Below are positions 17,113 to 26,148 of a stretch of 64,000 bases of DNA, piece after piece. Under the pieces are notes generated by a model. That model saw nothing but the letters and a program-made list of their open reading frames with translations. It was not told the DNA's origin and made no database searches. Source of the stretch: an uncultured Clostridia bacterium (GTDB lineage Bacteria > Bacillota > Clostridia > Christensenellales > QALW01); assembly GCA_934434555.1 (NCBI GenBank), contig CAKRZX010000006.1:20983-84982 (forward strand), written 5' to 3'. Both the position numbers and the translations under genes were made by a program. Position 1 is the stretch's first letter; the number at the start of each line of letters is the position of its first letter.

Positions 17113-20100
17113 ATGGATATAAAACGTGTTGAAAGCGTAATAAAACGCCTTGAAAGCCTTAGAAAAGTTGAAATTGCACAGGCAAACAATGTTCAAAGCG
17201 CAAAGTGCGGATATAAAAAAGGACACACTCCCGCAAAGGACGGATATACAGATGTCACGTACTTTAACGGTAAGTGGCAGCACTACTGGATAAAAGGCGA
17301 TTTTGAAACGGGACCTGCGGCAGAAAATGAGTTTTACGTACTTGAAGTCGCGACGGGAATACACACGTGGGACGCGGTAAATCCCCAGGGACTTTTGTAT
17401 CTTAACGGCAAAATGGTTCAGGGGCTTGATACAAATCACACGGAAGTTTTGCTTGAAGCAAATACAAAGTACGATTTTGTAAATTACTTTTATACGGGGG
17501 ATATGAATAATCTTTTCGGCATAACCCATACAGTATGCAAGGTTTACCGTGATATTGAACAACTGTATTACGATATGCTTGTACCTTTTGAGGCGCTTAT
17601 GTTCCTTAACGAAAACAGCGTTGAATACATAAAGATTCTTTCTGCGCTTGTTGCGGGCGCATATGCGGTTGATTTTTCAAAGGAATATTCGCCGGAATTT
17701 TTTGAATCCGTCAGACGCACAGAAGAGATTTTGCAGAATGATTTCTATAATAAAGAGTGTTCAAAAGAGAATAAGCCCGTTGTTCACGCTGTGGGACATA
17801 CGCATATAGACGTTGAATGGCTCTGGGAACGCAATCAGACGCGGGAAAAGGTTCAGCGCAGTTTTTCCACCGCGGTTCAACTTATGAAGTATTATCCCGA
17901 ATACAGATTTACCATGTCGCAGCCCGAACTTTACAGATACTTAAAAGAAGAGGCGCCCGAAAAGTATGAGGAAGTGAAAGCACTTGTAAAGTCAAAACGC
18001 TGGGAAGCGGAGGGGGCAATGTATCTTGAAGCGGACTGCAACCTGATTTCGGGCGAAAGTTTTGTGCGCCAGTTGCTTTACGGGAAAAAGTTCTTTTCCG
18101 ATGAGTTCGGCGTAAACTCGCACATTCTCTTTTTGCCCGACGTTTTCGGATATTCCGCCGCTATGCCGCAAATATTAAAAAAATCGGGAATTGATTCGTT
18201 CATTACGTCTAAAATATCGTGGAACGACACAAATCAGTTTCCTTACGATAACTTCCTGTGGAAAGGCATAGACGGCAGTGAAGTTTTTACGGCGTTTATT
18301 ACGGCGCGCGAGGCGGAAAAAGACCATAAAACAGGCATAAACTGCACGTATGTGGGAAAGACCGACCCGTCACATACCCTTGGCTGTTTTGACAGATTCC
18401 AGCAAAAAGAATACACAAATCACGTGCTTATGACTTACGGATTCGGCGACGGCGGAGGCGGACCTACGCGGGATATGCTTGAAAAACAGCGCCGACTTGC
18501 AAAGGGCTTGCCGGGAATTCCCGTAACGAAGCAGGACAGCCTTGACGGATATCTTGAATCCTGCAAGACGGAATTTTTCCAAAATGCCGAAAAACTCAGG
18601 GAAACTCCCCGCTGGGTGGGCGAACTGTATTTTGAATATCATCGCGGTACGTATACGTCGCAGGCAAAGAATAAGAAAGGCAATCGTAAAGCGGAATTCT
18701 TGCTGCAAAAAACGGAGGCGCTTTCGTATATGGATTATCTGTTTGGTGGACAATACGATAAAGAGGGAATAGACGACGCGTGGAAAACGGTTCTGCACGA
18801 CCAGTTCCACGATATTCTGCCCGGTTCGTCAATACACGAGGTTTACGAACACACCGACGAAGATTACCGCCGTGTAAATGAATTCTGCGCAAAAACCGTT
18901 TCTTCCTGTACGGAGAACATCAAAAAGAATATTTCTTCCCGCGGCGGAAAACTGCTTATAAACACACTTGGGTTTGAGCGTCCCGCGGTTATAGAAAACA
19001 GGGGCGAAGTGTTTGAAACAAACGAAACCGTTCCCGCGTTCGGCTGGTGCGTTTTTAACGGCGAAGTTGTTCAAAACAGTGTTATCCAAAGTGAAAATCG
19101 ACTTGAAAACGATTTTTATATTCTTAAAACCGATTCCTCAGGCAGGATTATTTCGCTTTTTGATAAAGAATTTAACCGTGAAGTTTTCTGTGAAAAGGCG
19201 AACGAAATACAGATTTTTGAGGATTTCCCCAACGATTATGACGCGTGGGAGATACGCGAAAGCGATATGCATAAGTATATTGTGCTTGAAAAGCCCGAAA
19301 AGACGGAGTGTTTTAAAAACGGCACATCAAAGGGAATTACGGTAACGTACAGATATCTTGATTCGGTTATAAAGATAACGACGCGGCTGTGGTCGAGAAC
19401 AAGGCGAATCGATTTTGATTTTTACGCCGACTGGCACGAAAAACACAGGCTTGTGAAAATTGCATTTCCCTTTGATATTCATACAAGCGAAGCGGAGTTT
19501 GATATTCAGTTCGGCTCGGTAAAAAGACCTACCCACAAAAACACAAGTTGGGACAGGGCGCGCTTTGAGGTGTGCGCGCATAAGTGGGTGGACGTAAAAG
19601 AGGACGGATTCGGCGCGGCTCTTATAAACGATTGCAAATACGGCTTTTCGGCAGATGAAAACGTAATAAAACTTACGGCGTTAAGGTGTCCGGATTACCC
19701 GGATAAAACGGCAGATGAGGGAGAGCACCGTTTTTCGTATGCCCTTACCGCTCACGGAAACGACGCCGGGTTTATAAAAGAAAGTTATATTTTCAATCAG
19801 CCTTTATCCGTAAGCGAAATCGGGGCGCATACGGGAGCGCTGCCGGAAAGGTTTTCACTTGTTTGCGTTCCCGAAAGTTCGGGTGCGGTAATTGAAACTG
19901 TTAAAGCGGCTGAAAAAGGCGGAAATATGATTGTAAGGTTGTTTGAAAGCCGCAACAGGCGTGAAAACGTAAAGATAAAAACGGAGGAGAAATTCAAAAA
20001 AGTTTTCCTGTGTGACCTTATGGAAAACAACGAAAAAGAACTTGAACTGACAGACGGAAACGTAACTGTTCCGATGAGGAATTTTGAAATTGTCACATTG

Positions 20101-20115
20101 AGGTTTGTAAAATAA
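17113..20115 (+). CDS. alpha-mannosidase, glycoside hydrolase family 38
   Basis: 1000 aa. GHTHIDVEWLW metal-binding motif, DVFGYS, and length typical of bacterial GH38. No signal peptide. Confidence 0.88.
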   Translation: MDIKRVESVIKRLESLRKVEIAQANNVQSAKCGYKKGHTPAKDGYTDVTYFNGKWQHYWIKGDFETGPAAENEFYVLEVATGIHTWDAVNPQGLLYLNGKMVQGLDTNHTEVLLEANTKYDFVNYFYTGDMNNLFGITHTVCKVYRDIEQLYYDMLVPFEALMFLNENSVEYIKILSALVAGAYAVDFSKEYSPEFFESVRRTEEILQNDFYNKECSKENKPVVHAVGHTHIDVEWLWERNQTREKVQRSFSTAVQLMKYYPEYRFTMSQPELYRYLKEEAPEKYEEVKALVKSKRWEAEGAMYLEADCNLISGESFVRQLLYGKKFFSDEFGVNSHILFLPDVFGYSAAMPQILKKSGIDSFITSKISWNDTNQFPYDNFLWKGIDGSEVFTAFITAREAEKDHKTGINCTYVGKTDPSHTLGCFDRFQQKEYTNHVLMTYGFGDGGGGPTRDMLEKQRRLAKGLPGIPVTKQDSLDGYLESCKTEFFQNAEKLRETPRWVGELYFEYHRGTYTSQAKNKKGNRKAEFLLQKTEALSYMDYLFGGQYDKEGIDDAWKTVLHDQFHDILPGSSIHEVYEHTDEDYRRVNEFCAKTVSSCTENIKKNISSRGGKLLINTLGFERPAVIENRGEVFETNETVPAFGWCVFNGEVVQNSVIQSENRLENDFYILKTDSSGRIISLFDKEFNREVFCEKANEIQIFEDFPNDYDAWEIRESDMHKYIVLEKPEKTECFKNGTSKGITVTYRYLDSVIKITTRLWSRTRRIDFDFYADWHEKHRLVKIAFPFDIHTSEAEFDIQFGSVKRPTHKNTSWDRARFEVCAHKWVDVKEDGFGAALINDCKYGFSADENVIKLTALRCPDYPDKTADEGEHRFSYALTAHGNDAGFIKESYIFNQPLSVSEIGAHTGALPERFSLVCVPESSGAVIETVKAAEKGGNMIVRLFESRNRRENVKIKTEEKFKKVFLCDLMENNEKELELTDGNVTVPMRNFEIVTLRFVK

Positions 20116-20120
20116 AAAAT

Positions 20121-20142
20121 GCGCGGGAGACCGCGCTTTTTT
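20121..20142 (+). terminator. rho-independent terminator of the GH38 gene
   Basis: GCGCGG-GAGA-CCGCGC followed by TTTTTT. Confidence 0.8.
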
Positions 20143-20182
20143 ATTAAAAGTCTGCTTGTCGAAAAAGAGAAAATTTGCGCTG

Positions 20183-20250
20183 ATTTGAAATAAAATCGAA
20201 TATTCTTGGCGTGTTTTTGTATTTACATTCTGTTTTGAACGTTGTATAAT
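20183..20250 (+). promoter_or_regulatory. promoter copy A: 20-bp box + 18 bp + ATTTACA-17 bp-TATAAT (orphan, no CDS downstream)
   Basis: ATTTGAAATAAAATCGAATA (20183-20202), TTTACA 20222-20227, TATAAT 20245-20250. Aligns without gaps to copies B and C. Confidence 0.6.
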
Positions 20251-20256
20251 AAAAAC

Positions 20257-20352
20257 GTAAAGTGTGAATGAAAAAGATATCCCCAAAGCCGCTTTTTTTA
20301 TTTCCTTTCTTGGCGGCTTATGCGGCTCCGTTGACCTCGGAGCCCTTTTTTT
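20257..20352 (+). ncRNA. candidate small RNA / attenuated antisense transcript from promoter copy A
   Basis: Predicted TSS about 7 nt after TATAAT. Hairpin AAGCCGC (20286-92)/GCGGCTT (20313-19), then terminator GGCTCCG (20324-30)-N7-CGGAGCC (20338-44)-CTTTTTTT. The T-tract overlaps the stop codon of the convergent araC gene. No convincing ORF. Confidence 0.3.
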
Positions 20353-21211
20353 ATTTGCCTATTTTTTCATAGAATTCAGAGGGCGAAATCCCTGTTTCAC
20401 GCTTGAATGTTGAGGAAAAGTAAGCCTGCGAACTGAAACCCAGCAGATTTGCAATATCGGTTACGGATACGCCCGAAAGCAACATCTTTTTTGCTTCGTT
20501 GATTTTCAGCGTTAAAAAATACTTGTGCGGACCTATTCCCGCAAAATGCGCGAACAGGCGCTGCATACCGGAACGGCTCAAATGGCATTTCTGCGCCATT
20601 TCGTCAATGGAAAGCGGCACGGAAATATTGCTTTTCATATACTGCACCGCCATTGAGAACTGCTCGGAAGACGTGCTGAAATCTTCTTCGGAAACATTCG
20701 CTTTTTCACCTAACGAAAGCAGAAGTTGGCTTATATAGGTGGATAAAAGTTGAGGGTATGTGGGAACATATTTGCAGGGGAAAACAAGATTCCAGTCAAC
20801 GGTATCTATTCCGCTTTCCTTTAACTGTTTCAGGGTGAGCGCGGCATAACTCATCATTTCGTCAATAATGTGCATTTGCCGCTGTGAAAGTTTGAATACT
20901 TTCTTGCGGAAAAAGTCCGTAAGAGGACCGTCCATATCCACCGAGAAAATAAGCAGATGTACGCCGTCGCTGTTCTTTATATGGAACTTATGGAATTCAA
21001 GGGGGCGGTGAAAAATTATATCGCCTGCGTTCATTTCATAAACACGTTCGTCTGCCGAAACGGAAAGACAGCCGCGGAAAACATAAAGCACTTCCCAAAA
21101 ATTATGTGCTTCGCCGTTGAACTTGAAAGAACTTTCGTAGTTTGCGTCCATACACATATAAATTCTGCGTATATGAAGTTGTTCGTTTATCGGTATTGAT
21201 GACCATGCCAT
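20351..21211 (-). CDS. AraC family transcriptional regulator (cupin sensor plus HTH)
   Basis: 286 aa. Cupin-like N-terminus (HNFWEVLYVFRG), C-terminal AraC HTH (SVTDIANLLGFSSQAYFSSTFKRETGISPSEF). Flanked on both sides by copies of the same promoter. Confidence 0.85.
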   Translation of the reverse strand: MAWSSIPINEQLHIRRIYMCMDANYESSFKFNGEAHNFWEVLYVFRGCLSVSADERVYEMNAGDIIFHRPLEFHKFHIKNSDGVHLLIFSVDMDGPLTDFFRKKVFKLSQRQMHIIDEMMSYAALTLKQLKESGIDTVDWNLVFPCKYVPTYPQLLSTYISQLLLSLGEKANVSEEDFSTSSEQFSMAVQYMKSNISVPLSIDEMAQKCHLSRSGMQRLFAHFAGIGPHKYFLTLKINEAKKMLLSGVSVTDIANLLGFSSQAYFSSTFKRETGISPSEFYEKIGK

Positions 21212-21225
21212 AATATGCGCGCCCT

Positions 21226-21293
21226 TTCTGAATCAAAATCGAATAATTATGATTTGTTTTTGTATTTACATACCGTTTTGAATCTTTTATAAT
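21226..21293 (+). promoter_or_regulatory. promoter copy B: 20-bp box + 18 bp + ATTTACA-17 bp-TATAAT
   Basis: TTCTGAATCAAAATCGAATA (21226-21245), TTTACA 21265-21270, TATAAT 21288-21293. The box starts 15 bp from the divergent araC start codon. Confidence 0.6.
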
Positions 21294-21383
21294 ACTATCA
21301 GAGAATGAAAAGAATGTCAAGATGAAATTTGCTTATTTTTCATACTTTATTAAAACATAATTCGCTTTCGGAGGAGCCGACAT

Positions 21384-23108
21384 TTGAAAAAAATTACATC
21401 GTTACTTTTACTTATATTTCTTTTTGCCTCGTTTACCGCATGCGGCGGCAATACTGTGGAGATTATCGGCGGCGGGGATAATCCCGATATAACCGAACAG
21501 ACCGATTACAAAACCGAATGCTGGGTAGCGGTTGACATTCCCTTTGAGGCTGAAAACGATTATGACCGACCGTTTTATGATGTTCTGCTTGACGTAACGT
21601 TTACTTCACCCTCGGGCACGGAATACGTTATGCCCGCATTCTGGGACGGCGACAAGAACTGGAAAGTCCGTTTTGCGCCGACAGAGTACGGTGTTTGGAA
21701 ATTCACGTCAAAAGCAAACGTGACCGACGGGGGATTTGAAAAGAGCGGCACGCTTGCCGCAAATGCCTACAAAGGCGACCTTGAAGTATATAAGCACGGT
21801 TTTGTAACCGCAAAATACGGCAAAAAGTATTTTACCTATGATAACGGCACGCCGTTCTTTTACTTAGGTGATACTCACTGGTCAATGTATCACGAAGACT
21901 ATGATACGCAGTTTAAGACAACCATTGACAAAAGGATTGAACAGGGATTCACGGTTTATCAGAGCCAGTGCACAAGCGAGGAAACAAATCTTGCGGGCGT
22001 TTTCCCGAATTCTGCAATAAATATGATGCAGGAACTTGACAGACGCTTTGAATATATCGCAAAAAGCGGATTGACCCACGCACACAGCCAGTTTTTCTTT
22101 ACCGAGAAAATGTCACGCTCGGTTATGAACAACAAAGAGTATCTCGACCTGCTTTCCCGCTACTGGGTTGCACGTTTTGCGGCATATCCCGTTATGTGGA
22201 CGCTTGCGCAGGAGTGCGATAACGATTTTTACGGTAACGATATCGGTCAGCAGACGGTATACACACCTGAAAATAACCCTTGGAAATATGTTGCCCAATG
22301 TTTGTCAAAATATGACCCGTATAAACATCCGTTAACCGCACATCAGGAAACAACTTCCTGTACAACCGTTACCGGCGCGGGTACGCAAAATTACAATAAA
22401 GGTGCGTCGGCTTTTAAGGATATGCAGGAACACGACTGGTACGGGGCGCAGTGGAAACCCGATGTATCAAAACTATACAGCACAATTGTAGCAAAGGACT
22501 ACTGGGACAGCGGCAAAGTAACCGTAAACTACGAGAGTAAGTACGCTTATCTTGCAACAAAGGACGCGGGCGCAAGACGTCAGGGCTGGATAAGTTTCCT
22601 TGCGGGAATGTTCGGCTACGGTTACGGTGCAAGCGACATATGGTATGTGAATTCGGCGGGAAGTTATCTTGTCGGCGACCAGAATGACGGGCTTGAAACC
22701 CTGACCCAACAGGAAAAAATGGAGATGACATGGGACAAGGCGGTTGATTTGCCCTCGGCGGTTCAATGCGGATATATGCGCTCGTTCTTTGAAAGCATTG
22801 CTTGGTATTCGCTTGTTCCCGACTTTGACGGAAAAGTATTTGCAATAGCCGTCAACAATTCCGAACCCTATGCCGTAGCAAGCGCAGGTGATGACTTGTT
22901 CGTTTGCTATCTGTACGGAAAATCAAGAATCAGCGGCACATTCTACGGGCTTGACGGTTCTGCCACATATACCGCAAAATGGTTTGACACCCGCACGGGT
23001 GAATATACGGTTATATCAGACGCAATCAGTTCAGCCGACGGCTCATATACGGCACCGAAAAAGCCCGACAGAGATGATTTCGTTTTGGTAATTACAAAAA
23101 ATAAATAA
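21384..23108 (+). CDS. secreted lipoprotein, DUF5060 + DUF4038 (GH140-like) glycoside hydrolase with C-terminal beta-sandwich
   Basis: 574 aa, TTG start after GGAGGAG. Lipoprotein signal LLLIFLFASFTAC. MPAFWDGDKNWKVRFAPTEYGVWKF (DUF5060-like). TPFFYLGDTHW...QGFTVYQSQ (DUF4038/GH140-like TIM barrel). YTAKWFDTRTGEY C-terminal domain. Confidence 0.7.
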   Translation: MKKITSLLLLIFLFASFTACGGNTVEIIGGGDNPDITEQTDYKTECWVAVDIPFEAENDYDRPFYDVLLDVTFTSPSGTEYVMPAFWDGDKNWKVRFAPTEYGVWKFTSKANVTDGGFEKSGTLAANAYKGDLEVYKHGFVTAKYGKKYFTYDNGTPFFYLGDTHWSMYHEDYDTQFKTTIDKRIEQGFTVYQSQCTSEETNLAGVFPNSAINMMQELDRRFEYIAKSGLTHAHSQFFFTEKMSRSVMNNKEYLDLLSRYWVARFAAYPVMWTLAQECDNDFYGNDIGQQTVYTPENNPWKYVAQCLSKYDPYKHPLTAHQETTSCTTVTGAGTQNYNKGASAFKDMQEHDWYGAQWKPDVSKLYSTIVAKDYWDSGKVTVNYESKYAYLATKDAGARRQGWISFLAGMFGYGYGASDIWYVNSAGSYLVGDQNDGLETLTQQEKMEMTWDKAVDLPSAVQCGYMRSFFESIAWYSLVPDFDGKVFAIAVNNSEPYAVASAGDDLFVCYLYGKSRISGTFYGLDGSATYTAKWFDTRTGEYTVISDAISSADGSYTAPKKPDRDDFVLVITKNK

Positions 23109-23128
23109 TATTCAAGGAGGATATTTAT

Positions 23129-25039
23129 ATGAAAAAAGTAATGAAAAAGCACATTTGCATTGCTCTTGTTGCCGTTCTCTTTACAGGATTGTGTTTAGGC
23201 GCGGCAATTTTAACGGGCAATGCCGCACCGACAGGCGCAGTTTTCAAAGAGACATTTGAAAATGCGTCAAACTGCACAATGCTTAATGAGTTCTGGGGAA
23301 CAGAAAATGTTGTTTCAATAAGCGCTGCACAAAAACATTCGGGGAACTCTTCACTGTTCTTTGATGTTTCGGGTATTGCGGAACAAGCAAATACCCGTTC
23401 ACCGTATATTCCCGCAGCAGAACTTAAAAAGATAGTTACTGCACCGGGAGAGTATAAGTTGGAAGCCTATGTTTTCTTTGAAAACAGTCCGTCGGCGGTA
23501 GGAGCGGTTTTTGCTTTCTCCGGAAACAAACCGTCAAACTGCGGCTGGACTACAACGGCTAAATCGGTTGATGAGTTCAGTACAAAAGCGGGACAGTGGA
23601 ACAGATTGCTCTTTACGTTTGATGTAAGCAATGAACTTTACAGCGCCATAAGTTCCGGTTCGTTCGATATAAGGCTGCGTTTTGACAAAATGGGTGATGT
23701 ATCTGCCTATTATGACGATGTAACATTCGCTTCAAGTGCCGATATGCCTACGCCCACTCCGACTCCCACCGAGACGGCTACACCCACTCCCACACCTACC
23801 GCTACTCCCACGCCCGAAGTAAACGAATATGACGGGCTCTATGTTGAGGACTTTGAGGGCGCGGAGCACGCCTACGGAAGTGTTTTCTGGACTCTTGGCA
23901 CCGCAAGTGTGACCGATGAAAAGGCGTATGCGGGAAACAAAGCCCTTAAATACGTTTACGCAAGCAGCGACGGCTCAGACCATTCGCAGGGCTCTCCGTA
24001 TCTTGACCCGGCAATGCTTAAAAAGGTTGTAACAAAAACCGGTACGTACAAATTCAGCCTGTATGCATATTTTACAGGTGTGCCCGATAAAGTTACCGCA
24101 ATTTTAAGAACGGAAAATAAGACGTTTGCTGATAAACAGTGGGGTAAATCGCTTACAATAGACGAAGTAAGCAAGAATGCCGATGAATGGAACAAACTTG
24201 TGTTCACGCTTGAAGTTGACGATGAAATTCTTGCGCGTGTTCAGGCCCCCGAAACATACGGGCTGAAACTTTGCCTTGACAACTTCTGCTTAAAGAGCGG
24301 AACAACGTATTTTGACAATATCGTTTTTGGGCTTGAAGATAAGATTCCTGCCGAACCTACCCCCACACCCGGTGTTACACCTACACCTACGCCTGACTAT
24401 ACAGGCTGCTATTTTGAGGATTTGGAAGACGGTAACACCGCTTACGGCAATGTGTTCTGGAATCTGGGCACTGCGATCGTAACAAACGAAAAGGCATACA
24501 GCGGCAAGAAATCCCTTAAATACGTTTATGCCAAGAGTATCGACGGCGCAGACCATTCGCAGGGTTCACCTTATCTTGACCCCGAAATGCTTAAAAAGGT
24601 TGTTACAAAAACCGGAACATACAACTTTGAACTTTACGCTTACTTTACCGAAACTCCCGATAAACTTACCGCAATTCTGAGAACGGAAAACAAGACGTTT
24701 TCGGATAAACAGTGGGGCAGAAGTCTTACCGCTGTTGAAGTAGGCAAAGAGGCAAACAAGTGGAACAAAATCGTGTTCACGCTTGAAGTTGACGACGAAA
24801 TTCTTGCACGCATTCAGGACCCTGAAACGTACGGGCTGAAACTGTGCCTTGACAACTTCTGCTTGCAGAGCGGAACAACGTATTTTGACGATATCGCATT
24901 CGGTACGCCGGAGAAGATAGAACAGGCAAGAAGCAATTCCGAACACAGCGGCGATTACGGATATTTCGGGCTTGCAGCGGTAATTGTACTTGCGGCGGGC
25001 GCGGCGATAATCATAAAGAAGAAATCTGAAAGGGTATAA
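23129..25039 (+). CDS. surface protein: signal peptide, three CBM-like beta-sandwich modules, Pro/Thr linkers, C-terminal TM anchor
   Basis: 636 aa. N-terminal signal peptide. Three about 180-aa modules each ending YYDD/YFDN/YFDD-(V/I)xF. PTPTPTPTETATPTPTPTATPTP and PTPTPGVTPTPTP linkers. C-terminal LAAVIVLAAGAAIIIKKKSERV. No catalytic motif seen. Confidence 0.7.
   Translation: MKKVMKKHICIALVAVLFTGLCLGAAILTGNAAPTGAVFKETFENASNCTMLNEFWGTENVVSISAAQKHSGNSSLFFDVSGIAEQANTRSPYIPAAELKKIVTAPGEYKLEAYVFFENSPSAVGAVFAFSGNKPSNCGWTTTAKSVDEFSTKAGQWNRLLFTFDVSNELYSAISSGSFDIRLRFDKMGDVSAYYDDVTFASSADMPTPTPTPTETATPTPTPTATPTPEVNEYDGLYVEDFEGAEHAYGSVFWTLGTASVTDEKAYAGNKALKYVYASSDGSDHSQGSPYLDPAMLKKVVTKTGTYKFSLYAYFTGVPDKVTAILRTENKTFADKQWGKSLTIDEVSKNADEWNKLVFTLEVDDEILARVQAPETYGLKLCLDNFCLKSGTTYFDNIVFGLEDKIPAEPTPTPGVTPTPTPDYTGCYFEDLEDGNTAYGNVFWNLGTAIVTNEKAYSGKKSLKYVYAKSIDGADHSQGSPYLDPEMLKKVVTKTGTYNFELYAYFTETPDKLTAILRTENKTFSDKQWGRSLTAVEVGKEANKWNKIVFTLEVDDEILARIQDPETYGLKLCLDNFCLQSGTTYFDDIAFGTPEKIEQARSNSEHSGDYGYFGLAAVIVLAAGAAIIIKKKSERV
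23825..24906 (+). repeat. intragenic tandem duplication of a CBM-like module plus linker (period about 573 nt)
   Basis: Modules at about 23825-24333 and about 24398-24906 share long identical stretches (e.g. CCCTTAAATACGTTTA, GACCATTCGCAGGG, ATGCTTAAAAAGGTTGT). Protein identity is high (GSPYLDPxMLKKVVTKTGTY..LYAYFT...LTAILRTENKTF.DKQWG). Confidence 0.85.
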
Positions 25040-25041
25040 CT

Positions 25042-26061
25042 ATGAAAAAAATATTTACGGCAGTAATTGCCGTTGCAGTTGCGGCAATGTCGATACTCAA
25101 TATGTCGGCATTCGCGCAGGGCACAAACTATTTTACGGGAAACAAATCAACCGTTGATGAGTGCGCCTGCAAAATCACAAAGACCACCGTTGACGGAACG
25201 GTTGTTTACGATGTAACAAATATGTCCTCGTCAATCGGTTTCCCCAATATGGCAATTTACGACGCAAGTAAAAGAGCGTTTGAATCGCAGAGCGACAAAA
25301 CACTGACCCTTATTGCCGCCTTTGACGCGCGTATGGATTTTGCGCCCGGTGTGGACGTTATAACTGCAAATATCACATTGCGCAACTGGGACTTCAATAA
25401 GGCAAATATGTCCGAATATGAAGCGATTAACGCAAAGAGTGACAATCAGTTGCTGTTCTATCCGCCTGTAAATGACGGACGCAACCTTGTTATCAAACTT
25501 CAAAAAGGTGTGCAGTTTACCAATGAATGGCAGACATATGCCGTTTCGTTTGAGGTAACAAAAGACGATTTCCAGAACGGCGCGGGAACCGGCTGGGGAC
25601 TTTCCCTTGACCACTTTGACCTTTACGCAAGCGTAAGACGTGCGCAGATTAAGAATGTGGGCGTTTATCTTGAAAGCGAATATGAATACACCGAACCCGA
25701 AGAAGTTGTTACTCCCACTCCCGAAGAGACCGCAAAGCCTACCGCAACTCCCACGGCGACCGCGGGCGCAACGGCAACACCTACTCCCAAGAGCGACGAG
25801 AGCGGATATTATACCCTTGATTCGGACGGAAATTATGTTGCCGTATCAAATGCTGACCTTAAAACAATGGAACAGGGAACGGTTGTTTATCAAAAGAACG
25901 GTGATAAATACGTTAAGGGACAGATTGTAGACGTAAACGGTTCCAAAGGATTTAAGGCTGACAGCACATTTAACCCGCTGTTCGTTATTATTCCCGTAGC
26001 GGCGGTTGTTGTAATAGGCGCTGTTGTTGCAGTGATTGTAATCAAAAAGAAGAAAAAGTAA
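25042..26061 (+). CDS. surface protein: signal peptide, one CBM-like module, Pro/Thr linker, small domain, C-terminal TM anchor
   Basis: 339 aa. Signal peptide MKKIFTAVIAVAVAAMSILNMSAFA. Linker TPTPEETAKPTATPTATAGATATPTP. C-terminal FVIIPVAAVVVIGAVVAVIVIKKKKK. Confidence 0.6.
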   Translation: MKKIFTAVIAVAVAAMSILNMSAFAQGTNYFTGNKSTVDECACKITKTTVDGTVVYDVTNMSSSIGFPNMAIYDASKRAFESQSDKTLTLIAAFDARMDFAPGVDVITANITLRNWDFNKANMSEYEAINAKSDNQLLFYPPVNDGRNLVIKLQKGVQFTNEWQTYAVSFEVTKDDFQNGAGTGWGLSLDHFDLYASVRRAQIKNVGVYLESEYEYTEPEEVVTPTPEETAKPTATPTATAGATATPTPKSDESGYYTLDSDGNYVAVSNADLKTMEQGTVVYQKNGDKYVKGQIVDVNGSKGFKADSTFNPLFVIIPVAAVVVIGAVVAVIVIKKKKK

Positions 26062-26072
26062 TTTTGTGTTTT

Positions 26073-26115
26073 GCGGATTCCCGTAAAGTGTTCCTTTTGC
26101 GGAATCCGCTTTTTT
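26073..26115 (+). terminator. putative intra-operon terminator/attenuator
   Basis: GCGGATTCC (26073-81) ... GGAATCCGC (26101-09) followed by TTTTTT. The large 19-nt loop lowers confidence. Confidence 0.5.
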
Positions 26116-26148
26116 ATTTTATAATAAAAGAAGAAAGTTAAATTTTAT

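Noticed and set aside
20268-20372. 34-codon ORF (MKKISPKPLFLFPFLAAYAAPLTSEPFFYLPIFS) downstream of promoter copy A, reminiscent of a signal peptide. Tiny ORFs also occur at the same relative position in copies B (MKRMSR, 21305) and C (MNF, 29815).
   Set aside because: None has a ribosome-binding site. The A ORF reads through two hairpins and into the araC coding region on the opposite strand. The shared ATG is better explained by conservation of the transcribed leader (GAATGAAAA).
23746-23815. ACNCCN-rich stretches (also 24355-24395 and 25715-25790) considered as microsatellites or phase-variation tracts.
   Set aside because: They are imperfect and in-frame, and they encode Pro/Thr linkers typical of multidomain secreted CAZyme-associated proteins. 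No homopolymeric or exact short tandem repeat is able to shift the frame.
24940-26061. The C-terminal hydrophobic helix plus basic tail of the two CBM proteins considered as LPXTG sortase (or PEP-CTERM/GlyGly-CTERM) sorting signals.
   Set aside because: No LPXTG, PEP or GG motif precedes either helix. The two pre-helix regions are unrelated, and no sortase or exosortase gene is nearby. They are treated as plain TM anchors (see findings).
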